A DNA stretch of 49,620 nucleotides from Patescibacteria group bacterium UBA2105 (GCA_002331495.1 DCYR01000006.1:1-49620); one strand, 5' to 3'. Numbered from the stretch's first letter, positions 26,684 to 37,069 are shown. The notes: a model not told the origin generated them from the sequence alone. Program-made: numbers and translations.

Positions 26684-27736
26684 ATGAAGGAAGTGACATT
26701 TGCCATAACTACAGGCACCATTATCCGTGCCATCTTGTTTGTAGGTCTTGCTGCACTTGTGTGGTACTTACGTGAGCTAGCGCTCATCGTGCTCACTTCG
26801 ATAGTTATAGCGTCTGCAATTGAACCTGCTGCAAAGGGTCTTATTCGATATAAAATACCGCGTGTACTTGCGGTTGTGGTGGTGTATTTACTATTCTTTG
26901 CGATGGTCTTTAGTATCGTATTCTTTCTACTTCCACCAGTTCTTGACGAAACTTCACTTCTTCTTGCCACGCTCCCTACATACCTTGAAACAATCGGAGC
27001 AACAGACGCTCTTACACAAGATGCTATCTTGGAAACTCGATCACTGATCAACGGAGTTTCTTTCGGGGACACGACACAAAACCTCGATACGTTCCTCTCG
27101 ACACTCTCCGGGAACTTCCTGGCAGCTATGAGTATGATCTTTGGAGGCGCTTTGAGCTTTGTTTTTATCGTAGTATTTTCGTTCTACTTTGCGGTTAACG
27201 AGCGAGGAATCGAGGAATTCCTTCGTGTGGTTACGCCACTCAAACATGAAAATTACGTGCTTGACCTCTGGCGTCGCGCGCAACTTAAGATAGGGCTATG
27301 GATGCAGGGCCAATTTCTGCTAGCGATTCTCATTGGAGTTCTTACGTATCTAGGGCTTTCAATCCTTGGTATTCAGTATGCTCTGGTACTCGCGGTTATC
27401 GCGGGAATCATGGAACTTATTCCGGTGTTCGGACCCATCTTGGCAGCGGTTCCGGCGGTTGCGATTGCATTTGCAAACGGCGGCTTAGCTATTGCGCTTG
27501 TGGTGGTTGCGCTCTACCTCATCATTCAGCAGTTTGAGAATCATCTCATCTACCCACTCGTAGTTACTAAGGTTGTTGGTGTTCCGCCGATATTGGTAAT
27601 TCTTGCACTTTTGATCGGGGCAAAAGTAGCGGGTATTTTGGGGATATTACTCTCGGTTCCCGTAGCTGCTGCTCTACAGGAGCTCTTTAGTGACATGGAA
27701 CGCGCACGACATCTGCCGGAAGAACAAAATGCATAA
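26684..27736 (+). CDS. AI-2E family transporter
   Basis: Multi-TM; IPVFGP, IQQFENHLIYP and G..G.LLSVP motifs. Confidence 0.93.
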   Translation: MKEVTFAITTGTIIRAILFVGLAALVWYLRELALIVLTSIVIASAIEPAAKGLIRYKIPRVLAVVVVYLLFFAMVFSIVFFLLPPVLDETSLLLATLPTYLETIGATDALTQDAILETRSLINGVSFGDTTQNLDTFLSTLSGNFLAAMSMIFGGALSFVFIVVFSFYFAVNERGIEEFLRVVTPLKHENYVLDLWRRAQLKIGLWMQGQFLLAILIGVLTYLGLSILGIQYALVLAVIAGIMELIPVFGPILAAVPAVAIAFANGGLAIALVVVALYLIIQQFENHLIYPLVVTKVVGVPPILVILALLIGAKVAGILGILLSVPVAAALQELFSDMERARHLPEEQNA

Positions 27737-29156
27737 AGCTCGATATATTACTACAACACTGCCGTACGTAAACTCCGATCCACATATCGGGTTTGCTCTT
27801 GAGATAGTGCAAGCGGATGCACTTGCGCGATATTGGCGACTTACGGGGCACGATGTGTTTTTCTCCACGGGTACCGACGAGCATGGGCAAAAAATCCTAC
27901 AAAAAGCTCAAGAAGAGGGACGGGATGTACAAGAGTATGTCGATCACTACGCGGGAGAGTTTCAAAAGCTCAAAGATACACTCGGTCTGTCATACGATGC
28001 ATTTATTCGAACTACCGACGAAGATCACAAAGCTGCGGCACAAGAACTCTGGAAGCGCTGTGAGCAGTCGGGAGATATCTATAAAAAGAAGTACAAAGGT
28101 CTCTACTGTGTCGGATGCGAACTTTTCTTGAAAGACAGCGATTTAGCGGATGGAAAGTGTCCCAACCACCCAACGCAGGAGCCTCAAGAGATTGAAGAGG
28201 AAAACTATTTCTTCAAACTTACGAATTACAAAGGCCGTCTCCTTGAATATTTGAGTAACGCAGATTCGGTGATTCCAGACTGGCGCCGCGAGGAAGCCAT
28301 TACGTTAGTAAACAACCTCGAAGACCTCAGTATTTCGCGCGATAAGGAGCGCTTATCTTGGGGGGTACCAGTGCCTGGCGATGACTCGCAGGTGATGTAT
28401 GTATGGTTTGATGCATTAACGAACTATATCTCTACCACTGGCTGGCCTGAAGACAAAGAAGGAAACTTCAAGAAGTTTTGGGATGAAGGCTACTCGGTAC
28501 AAACAGCGGGAAAAGACCAGGTGCGCTTCCAGTCGGTTATTTGGCAGGCGATGCTTATGTCTGGTGGTGTGCCAACGACCGATTCAATTTTCTACCATGG
28601 ATTCATCACCAGTGATGGGCAGAAGATGAGTAAAAGCATAGGGAATGTTATTAGTCCATTTGATGTAGTTGAAAAATACGGTCTTGATGCAACTCGATAC
28701 ATGCTTTTGCGACATGTACATCCGGTAGACGATTCAGACATTACTTGGGAGAGGCTTGATGAATGGTATGAGGCTCACCTGGTAAACGGATATGGGAACT
28801 TGGTGTCGCGCATCATGAAGCTCGCAGAAACACACCTAGATACACCTATAGAACAACCAGAAGCTGTAGGATTTCCGAAAGAGTATACAGAAGCTATTGA
28901 TAAGTTCGATTTCAACGCAGCCCTCGACTACGTGTGGAGGCGAATTGGTGACTTGGACGAGAAGATAACAACAACCGAGCCGTTCAAACTTGTAAAAGAG
29001 AACGAAGGGGAAGGGAAGAAACTCATTGCAGAGCTAGCAGAGGAACTCTACCTCATCACGCGTATGCTGAATCCATTTATGTCCGAGACAAACACGCTTG
29101 TTAAGAAAACCATTTTAGAAAACAAAAAACCCGAGAATCTATTTCCGCGACTGTAA
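27729..29156 (+). CDS. metG: Methionine--tRNA ligase (short form)
   Basis: TLPYVNSDPHIGF, GTDEHGQK, YVWFDALTNY and KMSKS motifs. Confidence 0.98.
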   Translation: MHKARYITTTLPYVNSDPHIGFALEIVQADALARYWRLTGHDVFFSTGTDEHGQKILQKAQEEGRDVQEYVDHYAGEFQKLKDTLGLSYDAFIRTTDEDHKAAAQELWKRCEQSGDIYKKKYKGLYCVGCELFLKDSDLADGKCPNHPTQEPQEIEEENYFFKLTNYKGRLLEYLSNADSVIPDWRREEAITLVNNLEDLSISRDKERLSWGVPVPGDDSQVMYVWFDALTNYISTTGWPEDKEGNFKKFWDEGYSVQTAGKDQVRFQSVIWQAMLMSGGVPTTDSIFYHGFITSDGQKMSKSIGNVISPFDVVEKYGLDATRYMLLRHVHPVDDSDITWERLDEWYEAHLVNGYGNLVSRIMKLAETHLDTPIEQPEAVGFPKEYTEAIDKFDFNAALDYVWRRIGDLDEKITTTEPFKLVKENEGEGKKLIAELAEELYLITRMLNPFMSETNTLVKKTILENKKPENLFPRL

Positions 29157-29953
29157 TGAAGTATATCGACACACATTCGCATCTCTACGAGCGGAAGTTC
29201 AAGGAGGATTTAGCAGATGTTTTGCAGCGAATGGAAGACAAGGATGTCTCGGCTATCGTTATTGGAGTATCGCTTGAAACGAGCAAGCAGGCGGTCGAGC
29301 TTGCCAGGAATAACAAACGAGTAGTGGGCGCCACGATCGGCGTACACCCTACGGATACGAACGAGAAGTTTGAGGCAGTAGATTATGCACCGCTATTAGG
29401 TGAGCAAGTAGTAGGGGTTGGTGAATGTGGTTTTGATTATTACAGAAGTCCCAAAGAAGATGTATACGTGCACCAACGCGAGGTATTTGAAGCACAGGTG
29501 GTATTTGCATCCGAGAATGATCTACCCCTCATGCTTCATGTGCGGCCCTCGAAGGGTAGCGTAGATGCCCACGAAGATGCACTTGAGGTACTGAAAATTT
29601 ACCAAAAAGAATACGGCAACACCGTGCGCGGCAACGTGCACTTCTACACATCCACAAAAGAGATTGCACGCGAATACGTGTCACTAGGGTTCACTATTGC
29701 GTTCCCAGGGGTTATTACCTTTGCGCCAGATTTGCACGACGTCGTGCGCGATGTGCCACTTGATATGATGCTTGCAGAGACTGACGCGCCTTATGCGGCT
29801 CCTGTGCCACATAGAGGCAAGCGCAACGAGCCTATCTTTGTTATAGACACTATTAAGGCGATCGCGGATATTCGAGGAGAGGATTTTGAGCAGGTGGCAG
29901 AGCAGCTCACCAAGAACGCAAAAACCGTGTTTTTAAGCGATAAAAGTGCTTGA
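29156..29953 (+). CDS. TatD-family DNase
   Basis: IDTHSH, GVHP, VGECGFDY, ETDAPY and RGKRNEP motifs. Confidence 0.96.
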   Translation: MKYIDTHSHLYERKFKEDLADVLQRMEDKDVSAIVIGVSLETSKQAVELARNNKRVVGATIGVHPTDTNEKFEAVDYAPLLGEQVVGVGECGFDYYRSPKEDVYVHQREVFEAQVVFASENDLPLMLHVRPSKGSVDAHEDALEVLKIYQKEYGNTVRGNVHFYTSTKEIAREYVSLGFTIAFPGVITFAPDLHDVVRDVPLDMMLAETDAPYAAPVPHRGKRNEPIFVIDTIKAIADIRGEDFEQVAEQLTKNAKTVFLSDKSA

Positions 29954-29986
29954 TTCACTACGGGCGCTGTGCTATCCTCACCAACC

Positions 29987-30481
29987 ATGACAGAAGATTC
30001 AAAGGAAATGCAGGTATACGAACTCGGCTATCACATCTTGCCGACAGTGGTTGCTGACGACCTAGAGGGCGAAGTAGGGAAACTTCGTAGCGCTATTGAA
30101 AAGCGCGGGGGCTCGTTTATTGCAGAGGGAACTCCAGAAATCGTGAGCCTTGCGTATCCAATGTTCGTAAACTACGGAGGTAAGCAGACCAAGTACGAGC
30201 GAGCGCATTTTGGATGGATGAAGTTCGAGATGGATAGAGAGCAAGCAGTGGCACTTCGTGAAGAGGACCTATCAAGAAATTCGCTTCTACTTCGTTATAC
30301 GCTTTTCAAAACTACACGTGAGGAAACACGAGCACAGCTTCAAACAGAGCAGAGCACCATTTTGCGAGAAGTGAAGACAACAGGGATACTTGAGAAGAAA
30401 CACGAGGCAGAAGAGGGGGGAGAGGTTTCAGAAGAAGCTCTCGAGAAAACAATTGATGAGCTCGTGGGAGAAGAGAAATAA
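29987..30481 (+). CDS. rpsF: 30S ribosomal protein S6 with acidic C-terminal tail
   Basis: YELGYHILP, LAYP and LLRY motifs; rpsF-ssb-rpsR synteny. Confidence 0.9.
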   Translation: MTEDSKEMQVYELGYHILPTVVADDLEGEVGKLRSAIEKRGGSFIAEGTPEIVSLAYPMFVNYGGKQTKYERAHFGWMKFEMDREQAVALREEDLSRNSLLLRYTLFKTTREETRAQLQTEQSTILREVKTTGILEKKHEAEEGGEVSEEALEKTIDELVGEEK

Positions 30482-30552
30482 GCACGTTCATACCAAATGC
30501 GCCTCCTGGCGCATTTTTTGGTACAATACACGGAACTAACTAGAGAGGATAT

Positions 30553-30999
30553 ATGTATATAAACAAAGCAATGGTATATGGAAACCTAACGCGCGATCCG
30601 GAACTACGCAGCCTGCCTAGCGGCGTACAAGTAGGCACGTTTAGTATCGCAACAAATCGGGTATATAAGGACAAGGATGGCAACAAGCAAGAACAGGCCG
30701 ATTATCATAATATTGTTGTGTTTGGGCGACAGGCAGAGCTCGTAGCGCAGTACCTAAATAAAGGAAGTGCGGCATTTGTAGAGGGACGTATGCAGACACG
30801 CAGTTGGGAGCAGGACGGAGTGAAGAAATATCGAACCGAGATAGTGGCCGACCGTGTCCAATTTGGACCACGTAGTGGGGGGGCAGGGTCGGCACCAGAA
30901 ACCGCTCGGGGTGATGAATCAGCAGAACCCACACCTTCTGCAGGTGGTGGTATTGAATATCCTGAAGAAGACATCGACCCGGACGACATTCCATTTTAG
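30553..30999 (+). CDS. ssb: Single-stranded DNA-binding protein
   Basis: GNLTRDPELR, VEGRMQTRSW and C-terminal DDIPF. Confidence 0.99.
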   Translation: MYINKAMVYGNLTRDPELRSLPSGVQVGTFSIATNRVYKDKDGNKQEQADYHNIVVFGRQAELVAQYLNKGSAAFVEGRMQTRSWEQDGVKKYRTEIVADRVQFGPRSGGAGSAPETARGDESAEPTPSAGGGIEYPEEDIDPDDIPF

Positions 31000-31048
31000 G
31001 CCCAAAAGGCTTGAATCCTTACGCTAAACATGTATTATGCACCGGCCT

Positions 31049-31249
31049 ATGACCGCAGATTATTTTTCACAACACGGAATCAAGTATGTCGACTACAAAG
31101 ACGTCGATGTTTTGAAGCGGTTCCTCAATCCACACGGGCGCATTAAACCGCGCACGCAAACAGGGCTAACCGCTAAACACCAACGTGATGTTACCCGAGC
31201 TATCAAGCGAGCTCGCGAAATGGGACTCCTCGCCTACATAATGAAGTAG
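31049..31249 (+). CDS. rpsR: 30S ribosomal protein S18
   Basis: VDYKDVDVLKRF and QRDVTRAIKRAREMGLL motifs. Confidence 0.97.
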   Translation: MTADYFSQHGIKYVDYKDVDVLKRFLNPHGRIKPRTQTGLTAKHQRDVTRAIKRAREMGLLAYIMK

Positions 31250-31257
31250 AAGGAGGA

Positions 31258-31482
31258 GTGGGAGAGCACCAGCAAAAGAGAAGGAGGGTGACCATGGATA
31301 GTATCGGCATGGCAGTTCCGTCTGCCCTGATCGTTTTCTTGCTCATTTACGGAGTGAGGTCGTTATGGGTAGGTTGGCAATGGGGGAGAGTTGACGAGAT
31401 CACACAAGGAGTCATGATCTGTTTCTTTACTGCCGTATCAGCAACGTCGTATTTTGCCATCTACAATGGTAGTGGTCCATGA
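31258..31482 (+). CDS. Small 2-TM hypothetical protein (start may be 31294)
   Basis: Two hydrophobic segments; AGGAGG SD-like sequences upstream. Confidence 0.55.
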   Translation: MGEHQQKRRRVTMDSIGMAVPSALIVFLLIYGVRSLWVGWQWGRVDEITQGVMICFFTAVSATSYFAIYNGSGP

Positions 31483-31551
31483 CGAGGCCTTACGGCCGTA
31501 AAAACCTTTCACTTGCCCCGCGCAGTCCAACACGACAGCAGCGGGGCTTTT

Positions 31552-32115
31552 TTATACACGCCCGATATATTTTCCAGATTCGGTATTTATACGTATTATA
31601 TCGCCGACTGAAATAAAAAGAGGGGTAGTAACGGTTGCTCCTGTTTCGAGAGTCACCACCTTATTTCCACCAGCCGATGTGTTACCCCGAATATTCGGTG
31701 GGGCTTCAACAACCCTGAGGTCGACTTTTATGGGAATGAGAATATCGATAATATCGTCTTCAAATACCCGGGCTTCAACGACATCTTTTTCACGTATGTA
31801 CAACAACTTATCTCCTATGACTTCGCGCGGAAGCGTGAAGCGGATGCTGGGGTTTTGAGGATCGGCAAACACTACGTCGTCTTGATTTGCATATATGAAC
31901 TGGATCTCTTTGATGCCGATGTCTGCTTCGATGATTTTATCGGCTTGGCTAAATGTCCGCTCAATCGTAGCGGCACTACGCAGGCTTCTCATCTTGGCAG
32001 TGTTGTGGGGTTTCTGGCGTTGCTTTTTTATTACGCCAGTTGTTGCGACTACCTCAAAAGGGTCGCCGTCGAGCACGATAAGCACTCCCGGCTTTATTTC
32101 TGCGTAGCTGAGCAT
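31552..32115 (-). CDS. efp: Elongation factor P with non-canonical tip loop
   Basis: PPNIRGNT, TLETGA and PLFISVGDIIRINTESGKY motifs; KKQRQKP in place of KPGKG. Confidence 0.92.
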   Translation of the reverse strand: MLSYAEIKPGVLIVLDGDPFEVVATTGVIKKQRQKPHNTAKMRSLRSAATIERTFSQADKIIEADIGIKEIQFIYANQDDVVFADPQNPSIRFTLPREVIGDKLLYIREKDVVEARVFEDDIIDILIPIKVDLRVVEAPPNIRGNTSAGGNKVVTLETGATVTTPLFISVGDIIRINTESGKYIGRV

Positions 32116-32117
32116 AT

Positions 32118-33182
32118 TTATACAACCTCTTTGAGCTTTTCTTTAATACCTTTCAAGACAGCGGTGGCTATCTTCTTGTTCTCGTAAAGGTGCGTACGCG
32201 CGGCATCGTATCCGCGTCCTAGCGCAATGTCTTCGAATTTATAGGAAGCTCCGGCTTTGTCAATTACGCCGAGTTTTTCGCCAAGCGCTAAGAGCTCCCC
32301 CTCGCGGGATATACCCTCATTATAGAGCAGGTCGAACTCGGCTGTTCTAAACGGTGCGGCAACTTTGTTTTTCACCACTTTTACGCGGTGACGGCCACCC
32401 ATAATTTCTGTACCTTTTTTAATTTGCGCGATGCGGCGGATGTCCATACGGACCGAGGAATAAAACTTAAGCGCCTTGCCGCCTGTCGTCGTTTCTGGAT
32501 TGCCAAATACCATGCCTATCTTCATGCGGGTTTGATTAATGAAGATGATCACCGTTCTGCTTTTGGCGGCTATAGCTGTGAGTTTACGCATGGCTTGACT
32601 CATGAGACGCGCCTGTTTGCCCATTTGGTGCGAACCCATGTCACCCTCAATCTCGTCCTTTGGTGTTAGAGCTGCTACTGAGTCGATAACGATAATGTCT
32701 AGATTGCCCGAACGGACGAGGCTCTCAACAATCTCGAGTGCTTGTTCCCCCGTGTCTGGTTGTGAAATAAGGAGGTCCTGTGTCTTTACGCCTATTTTTT
32801 TTGCGTATACGGGGTCGAGTGCGTGCTCGGCGTCAATAAATGCACATACTCCGTCCTTCTTTTGCGCCTCTGCTATTGCGTGCAAAGAGAGGGTGGTTTT
32901 ACCAGAAGACTCCGGCCCGTATATTTCGATAATTCGTCCGCGAGGAAGGCCGCCAATACCGAGTGCCCAGTCAACGCCGACTGAGCCAGTGGGTATCACG
33001 TCTACGTCAACGTGTGCATGGTCGCCCAACATCATAATAGACTCGTCGCCAAATTTGCTTTTTATGCTTGCGATAGCAGCATCGACTTTTTCCTTATTCT
33101 TCTTACCCTCCTTTGGTTGTGTTGCAGCCTCAGCCTTCTTCGAGATCTGTTTCTTGGTAGTCTTCTTCTTTGCTGTTGTCAT
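32118..33182 (-). CDS. recA: Recombinase RecA
   Basis: [24 protein letters not shown] and GNPETTTGG motifs. Confidence 0.99.
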   Translation of the reverse strand: MTTAKKKTTKKQISKKAEAATQPKEGKKNKEKVDAAIASIKSKFGDESIMMLGDHAHVDVDVIPTGSVGVDWALGIGGLPRGRIIEIYGPESSGKTTLSLHAIAEAQKKDGVCAFIDAEHALDPVYAKKIGVKTQDLLISQPDTGEQALEIVESLVRSGNLDIIVIDSVAALTPKDEIEGDMGSHQMGKQARLMSQAMRKLTAIAAKSRTVIIFINQTRMKIGMVFGNPETTTGGKALKFYSSVRMDIRRIAQIKKGTEIMGGRHRVKVVKNKVAAPFRTAEFDLLYNEGISREGELLALGEKLGVIDKAGASYKFEDIALGRGYDAARTHLYENKKIATAVLKGIKEKLKEVV

Positions 33183-33187
33183 AGGTG

Positions 33188-33595
33188 CTAGTTATTCTCT
33201 AATGGCTCTTCTATAGTATCAACTTTCTCCCGCGCTCGCTTGAAAGTGTCCGGGGGTTGATATACAACTTCGAGCACCTTACGTTCCTCTCTTCCGAATT
33301 TATCGCGAGCTTGAAAAATAAAACGGTTAACCCCTTCTGCCAATAACAACTTCTCGACAAAAACCCCTGAGTCGTCAATGAAGACAGGGCGTCCGCTCAG
33401 GGTTATTTCCACTACATTCTTGGCAGTGCCTGAAATTTCAATGAGTTCTTCTTGCACGGTGACTGCCTCATCCGCATTTAAGATTATTTGAGGGCCATAG
33501 AGCATGTTTTGGGCCTCAAAGTAAGCGTATACCAACACTATTGCAACAAATAGGGCAAAGAAATACTTAGTGGTCTTTGAGCGGTGATAGGGCAT
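33188..33595 (-). CDS. Membrane-anchored Ig-like domain protein
   Basis: N-terminal TM; ISG.A...L.EG.N...ARDKFG Ig-like pattern; lies in the ftsK-recA-efp run. Confidence 0.8.
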   Translation of the reverse strand: MPYHRSKTTKYFFALFVAIVLVYAYFEAQNMLYGPQIILNADEAVTVQEELIEISGTAKNVVEITLSGRPVFIDDSGVFVEKLLLAEGVNRFIFQARDKFGREERKVLEVVYQPPDTFKRAREKVDTIEEPLENN

Positions 33596-33598
33596 GGC

Positions 33599-35896
33599 TT
33601 AGGCGTTTTCTTCTTCGTACTCAGAGTCGTACTCGTCTTTGTTTTCTTTGAGCTCCTCTGGGCTGGAATCAGCATCTCGAATAACTTCACGTGGTTTAGA
33701 GCCATCTGCCGGACCCACGACACCACGTTCTTCAAGCATATCCATAAGACGTGCCGCTCGGGCGTACCCAACGCGAAGTTTGCGTTGCAGAAATGAAGTA
33801 GATCCCTTACCGGCTTCAGTAATGACACGTCGAGCTTCATCGTACAGGTCGTCCCCATCGTCGTCACCTCCGCCGACACTTGCCGCAAAAATGCTGTTGT
33901 CGTGCTGTACTTCGGAGAGGTCTATTTCATCTGGCAGTTCGTCGTCGTGTGCATCTACCAGGTATTTCACCACTTTCTTTACCTCTTCTTCGGAGATATA
34001 CGGAGCTTGGATGCGGCGCGGCTTGCTCATCTCACCCGACAGGTACAGCATGTCACCGGCTCCGAGTAATTTCTCAGCTCCTCCCATATCGAGAATGGTA
34101 CGAGAGTCAATCTGCGACGATACCTGCAGAGCAATGCGCGAAGGAATATTTGCCTTAATGAGGCCGGTAATAACTTGTACGCTGGGTCGTTGTGTTGATA
34201 GAACAAGGTGAATACCGACTGCACGGCTCATCTGGGCTAAGCGTACAATCGCCGCTTCAAGTTCACGCGGGTAGGCCGTCATAAGGTCGGCCATTTCATC
34301 TATGACAGCTACGATATACGGCATGGGTTCGGGCATGTCAGCATCTTCATCAGCGCCGTTTCTTTTCTTTGCAGGTTCATATACATTTGCATGGTACGAG
34401 GCTATATCGCGTACTTTCTCAGCCTCAAGTACGTCGTAGCGCCTGTCCATTTCTTTTGCGAGCCATTTGAGTGCCAAAATCGCCTTCTTGGGCTCAGTGA
34501 TAACCGGCGTAAGCAAGTGGGGAATATCGTTATAGAGGGTAAGTTCAACGCGTTTCGGGTCAACCATGACAAAACGAAGTTCTCGTGGCCCTCGACGGTA
34601 CAACAAAGAAACTATCATGTCGTGCACCGTCACCGATTTTCCGGCGCCGGTAGCTCCTGCTATAAGCAGATGAGGCATTTTCGAAATATTGGCGTAATGT
34701 GGCTTTCCGGCGATGTCGCGCCCCAAGGCGACAAGAAGCGGTTTATCTGAATTTTGGAAATCTCTATCGCCGAAGATCGAGGCAAGTCCGAGCATCGACT
34801 TTGTGTTATTAGGAACTTCAACTCCCACGAGTGATTTGCCTGGGATTGGAGCCTCGATTCGAATAGGCGTAGCAGCCAGAGCAAGTTCCAAGTTGCTCTG
34901 AAGACTGACTATTTTTGCAAGCCGCACGCCCTCGGCTGGTTTCATTGCATAGCGAGTAACAGTAGGACCGATAGAAACTTCATCCATCTCAACATCAATA
35001 CCAAAGTTCTGCAGCGTGCGCTTAATGGTGTTTGCGCTTGCTTTTACGTCACCAACCGATGGCTTCCCCTTGTCTTTTTGCAAAAGCGAAAGGGGGGGAG
35101 GTGTGTATGCGCTGGAACCACTCGTCGCAAAATTGAACATAGAACGACTCGACTCGGAGTCACCAAAATTGAAAATACCGGGTGACTTGGTTGAGGGTCC
35201 TTCCTCGTTCTCAGACACTTCTTCGTCGTTTGATTCGGCTTCAGCTCGAGTGGTCTCAAGCTCGATTGCTGCTTCCTCATTCTCCTCAAGAATGTGCACT
35301 TCGTCTGGTTCTTCCTCGTCGCGACCCATCCATCGAGCAATGGTCGGGAATGCTCGATGTGGTTGCGCATCGAAGGTAATTAAGAGGGACACGATGATAA
35401 GAGCAAGCAGGGCTACGACTGTCGCCACAGTGTCAACTGCATATACAAGAGGACTTGAAATTAATTGCCCAACGAGTCCGCCACGGTTAGGGAAAAGTGT
35501 TTCAATGAATCCGAGGCCCGCAAGAAAAAAAATTAATGCACCAGCAATTTTAAGTACACCAATTTTTTCGTGCTCGATTGATCGAAAAAGCACAAAGGCC
35601 ACGAGAACAAACAAAACGGGAACAAGTACATATCCGATACCAAAAAGTGCCGAAAGCCAAATATAGAGAATAGCTCCAACCTTGCCGGCGAAACCAAACC
35701 AAGCAAGCAGAAAGAACACAGCTGTTGCGATCGCAAGAACCGCCCATACACCACGTAGTGTTTCAGATTGAATAGGTGGCAAGGAAGCCGACTCTACTTC
35801 TTCCCGAGGCTGCTCCGCTCTACGCTTGCGTCCGCGTTTATCGCCTCCCTTTTGCTTCGACTTCTTCTTGGTAACTGTACTCCTTCGTGCTGCCAT
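33599..35896 (-). CDS. ftsK: DNA translocase FtsK/SpoIIIE
   Basis: N-terminal TMs; PHLLIAGATGAGKS, IDEMADLM, STQRPSV; gamma domain LQRKLRVGYARAARLMD. Confidence 0.98.
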   Translation of the reverse strand: MAARRSTVTKKKSKQKGGDKRGRKRRAEQPREEVESASLPPIQSETLRGVWAVLAIATAVFFLLAWFGFAGKVGAILYIWLSALFGIGYVLVPVLFVLVAFVLFRSIEHEKIGVLKIAGALIFFLAGLGFIETLFPNRGGLVGQLISSPLVYAVDTVATVVALLALIIVSLLITFDAQPHRAFPTIARWMGRDEEEPDEVHILEENEEAAIELETTRAEAESNDEEVSENEEGPSTKSPGIFNFGDSESSRSMFNFATSGSSAYTPPPLSLLQKDKGKPSVGDVKASANTIKRTLQNFGIDVEMDEVSIGPTVTRYAMKPAEGVRLAKIVSLQSNLELALAATPIRIEAPIPGKSLVGVEVPNNTKSMLGLASIFGDRDFQNSDKPLLVALGRDIAGKPHYANISKMPHLLIAGATGAGKSVTVHDMIVSLLYRRGPRELRFVMVDPKRVELTLYNDIPHLLTPVITEPKKAILALKWLAKEMDRRYDVLEAEKVRDIASYHANVYEPAKKRNGADEDADMPEPMPYIVAVIDEMADLMTAYPRELEAAIVRLAQMSRAVGIHLVLSTQRPSVQVITGLIKANIPSRIALQVSSQIDSRTILDMGGAEKLLGAGDMLYLSGEMSKPRRIQAPYISEEEVKKVVKYLVDAHDDELPDEIDLSEVQHDNSIFAASVGGGDDDGDDLYDEARRVITEAGKGSTSFLQRKLRVGYARAARLMDMLEERGVVGPADGSKPREVIRDADSSPEELKENKDEYDSEYEEENA

Positions 35897-36026
35897 TATT
35901 GTTGTAAATTACCACACAATCATACCACGGACTGGTCTTCTGTAAGACTCAATGCCAGTTACAAAACAATACGGTGAAGTGAGAAAGAGGGTCAGCCGAA
36001 TCCCGTACCATCTCATGTTTTGGCGC

Positions 36027-36054
36027 TTGACTTTAACGGACATAAAACTATTAT
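36027..36054 (+). promoter_or_regulatory. Sigma70-type promoter overlapped by GGACA repeats
   Basis: TTGACT-16 nt-TATTAT; repeats at 36034 and 36051 lie on it. Confidence 0.6.
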
Positions 36055-36156
36055 GGACATAACGTAAAAGACATCTTTACGGACACGTTGTAAAGGACAA
36101 GTGAGTGCACAAAATGTCCTTTATATAAAAGACAATCGCATGACTATAAAGGACAA
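36034..36156. repeat. Array A of TAA(A/C)GGACA-type iteron-like motifs (8 copies, one inverted)
   Basis: Copies start at 36034, 36051, 36065, 36077, 36091, 36114 (reverse), 36126 and 36147. Confidence 0.85.
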
Positions 36157-36952
36157 GAATTGGAATAATAAGCCCATAAACTATGAAGGCATATCACCAG
36201 ACGCTAACTTGTCCGTGAGTCCTTTCGGACAAAATAGGGTCGCTGAAATCGCATACAGAAAAGCTGAGCGCCTCGTGCTTGCCACGCACCTGGTGACTAA
36301 CTTTGTCCCTGAGAGCGAAAGTGTCCGTGAGAATATCCGAGAGCATGCACGAACACTTCTCCCTTGGGTTATGGATTTACGCACGGGCGTGCGGGGTGCC
36401 AACTCAGGGCAGATAGACGCCATAGCCTCACAGGTACGTTTAATACTTTCTCTACTAGATGTGCTACATGTTTCTGGTCAAATATCGAACATGAACCTCG
36501 AAGTACTTAAATGTGCTTATGCCGATTTTGCCCGGTTTCTTACAAAGTCCGAGAATGGAGTTTCCGCTGAAAACCTGGTACTCGAAGAGAGGTATTTCGT
36601 GTCTCCTCCTGTGACAGATAAAGGACACGCCTCCAATAAAGGACACATTGAAGTCGTAAAGGACAAGATTATAACGGACACTAAAAAGGACAGTAACTTT
36701 TTAAAGGACATTAAAGCTCCTAAAGATAAGCGTCCTCAGTCACTTCGCGCGAAACGTCGTGCTACGAGCCGTCGCATGGCGATACTCGATGTGGTCACAA
36801 AGCGTAGCCCTGTACATATAAAGGACATAGCCACGGAGGTCACTGAGTGCAGCGAGAAGACGATACAGCGAGAGCTTGCTTCCTTGATTAGGGATGGGGT
36901 GGTGAAAAAGGAGGGATCAAAGCGATGGACACTATACTCGTTGGTCATCTGA
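36140..36952 (+). CDS. Uncharacterised protein: N-terminal helical bundle, low-complexity linker, C-terminal DeoR-like winged HTH
   Basis: C-terminal IKDIA...CSEKTIQRELASLIRDGVVKKEGSKRWTLY; alternative GTG start at 36101. Confidence 0.85.
   Translation: MTIKDKNWNNKPINYEGISPDANLSVSPFGQNRVAEIAYRKAERLVLATHLVTNFVPESESVRENIREHARTLLPWVMDLRTGVRGANSGQIDAIASQVRLILSLLDVLHVSGQISNMNLEVLKCAYADFARFLTKSENGVSAENLVLEERYFVSPPVTDKGHASNKGHIEVVKDKIITDTKKDSNFLKDIKAPKDKRPQSLRAKRRATSRRMAILDVVTKRSPVHIKDIATEVTECSEKTIQRELASLIRDGVVKKEGSKRWTLYSLVI
36619..36828 (+). repeat. Array B of the same motif inside the wHTH gene (6 clustered copies plus 1)
   Basis: Copies start at 36619, 36637, 36657, 36672, 36684, 36702 and 36819; they fall in two different reading frames. 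Confidence 0.85.
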
Positions 36953-37034
36953 CTTGGCCATCTGATGTATCGAGAGTGCTCACGGCGACCATTAAAGCAA
37001 TGTGGTCGGTCAACGCAGTAAACCAACGTTTTTG

Positions 37035-37063
37035 TTGACTTTGTGCCGCAAAATGGCTATTCT
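37035..37063 (+). promoter_or_regulatory. Sigma70-type promoter
   Basis: TTGACT-17 nt-TATTCT, 6 nt before a closed RNA stem. Confidence 0.6.
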
Positions 37064-37069
37064 TCCTTT

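Noticed and set aside
31049-31482. Absence of rplI after rpsR as evidence of L9 loss
   Set aside because: rplI is often located elsewhere; cannot be judged from this window
36034-36711. GGACA arrays as a CRISPR array
   Set aside because: Units are about 10 nt with 2-13 nt gaps, partly inside a CDS, and no cas genes are present
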